A stretch of 63,555 bases of DNA, filler included, from Choristocarpus tenellus KU-1152 (Eukaryota > Protista > Phaeophyceae): assembly GCA_964200185.2 (NCBI GenBank). It is 9 parts of 9 records of this genome, joined end to end, with 100 filler letters (N's around TTAATTAATTAA, not from the genome) between each part and the next. Parts side by side here need not be neighbours in the genome. Positions count along the whole stretch, not along the records: positions 60,615 to 63,555 come from CAXNAD020023489.1; 8 more parts are not named here. The stretch is one strand, 5' to 3'. This document shows positions 62,321 to 63,555 of the stretch, one piece after another. Positions within the stretch are counted from its first letter, which is position 1. The number at the start of each line of letters is the position of its first letter. Made by a program: the position numbers and the translations under genes. The notes under the pieces were generated by a model that was given only the letters and a program-made list of their open reading frames with translations, ran no database searches and had not been told where the DNA came from.

Positions 62321-63555
62321 TAAACAAAGTTTCAACTCAAATAACATAGCCACTCTACAAATTTCCATCTGCTTTGGAGAATGTGACCAACCATGGGCCT
62401 TGCCTAACTAGTTTCCAAACTCGTTCCCATGAAGCAGACTTGTGTGATAACGGAAGCAGCATTCTCCGAGGCTCTTTTCCCTCTGTTCTTCAAGGACGAG
62501 CTGGACCCATGTCCTGATGATTTTAACTTTACTTCCTTCTATGAGGATATTTTTGGCGGGGACGACCTTCTGAGCCTGGTGAGAGGGGGAACTATGGTTT
62601 GATGCAGAACCTCTATCTACGTACGAGTACATACTTTTTAATGATTAAACCTGGCGGAAATTTAATGATGATGTCAGAGTGAATCAATGTATATTAATAT
62701 ATTTGAGTATGCGGATGTTTAGGAGTGCTTCTCTTGAACTGGAACACTGACCCAAACACTACATCTAACCCTGCATCCAATCCTAATGCATTTTTGAAGA
62801 AATTCCTGGACCTAGAGCTCTATATTGCTATCGCCAATCTTCAGTTGTGTTATTATCTTAGAGTACATGTCCAAACCTAACCCTTCTAATTATTTGTACA
62901 TACCATGGACTCCATATGCTGTGTTTCTGTGTACGCATATATTGTGTATGAATTTATGTAGCATGTATGCACGCCTACATATCTACCACAAACCCTCTGC
63001 GTGGATGTCTACATCCTGAAAGGGACCGCGAATTGCTGCCGTGCAGCACAGGCAAGAGGCAAGGGGGAAGGATAGATGAGACGTGGAGTAGAGAGCTCTG
63101 CTTCACTTGAACAACTGAGTTCTGGCCTGCTATTTGAAGTGGGAACTGGTTGATGACCCTCCCAACCATTTTGAATATATGGTGTAGTGTTCGGTCAATT
63201 GAGCTCTCGATCATAATTCACAGGAATAAAATTGGAAAGAGACCTGGGTGATGGTGTGTCTTACATCAAACAATTTTTTTGCACACAACTGAGGTGATCC
63301 AGGCCCAATGCAGTAGCACATGTCCTGTACTCCTCCCTAGCCCAAATAATTTATTTTAGTATATATATATGTGTGTATTGGCTCTTTTGAAGGTTTGTGT
63401 GACCCGTGTATATCAACAAGTGGTATGAAGAGTTCATCCTGTCTGGAATAGCCTTCTGCACCACCCCTATGCCCCCCCCCCCCCCCCCCCCCTTTTTTTC
63501 CCCCCCTTTTCCCCCCCCCCAACCCCCAATTTTTGGATAAGCCCCCTTTTTTTTT

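Overview
Eukaryotic, intron-rich, repeat-rich DNA. A stramenopile, most plausibly a brown alga, is inferred from TTAGGG tracts, short exons in long introns, GGAI/FxNN PMP-repeat exons and a GT49 gene. The window is not contiguous: eight artificial 100-nt linkers (N44-TTAATTAATTAA-N44) join nine separate contigs, so adjacency across linkers means nothing. Main contents: (1) a 12-exon minus-strand gene fragment (1086-13523) that splices in frame from a CaMKK-type Ser/Thr kinase through a low-complexity linker into a PP2C phosphatase domain; (2) a LARGE/B4GAT1-like GT49 glycosyltransferase fragment; (3) an intron-containing Sola-type DDD transposase, plus three MITE families (about 25 whole or partial copies) that share a G(A/G)nYCAAAGTA terminus and have 4-bp or 3-bp TSDs; (4) a decayed mariner-type transposase interrupted by one of these MITEs; (5) fragments of PMP-repeat, beta-propeller, FAM192A-like, BRCT-like and unknown genes. 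Exon structures were read by eye from splice signals and reading frame. Family assignments come from recognised motifs, not database searches.
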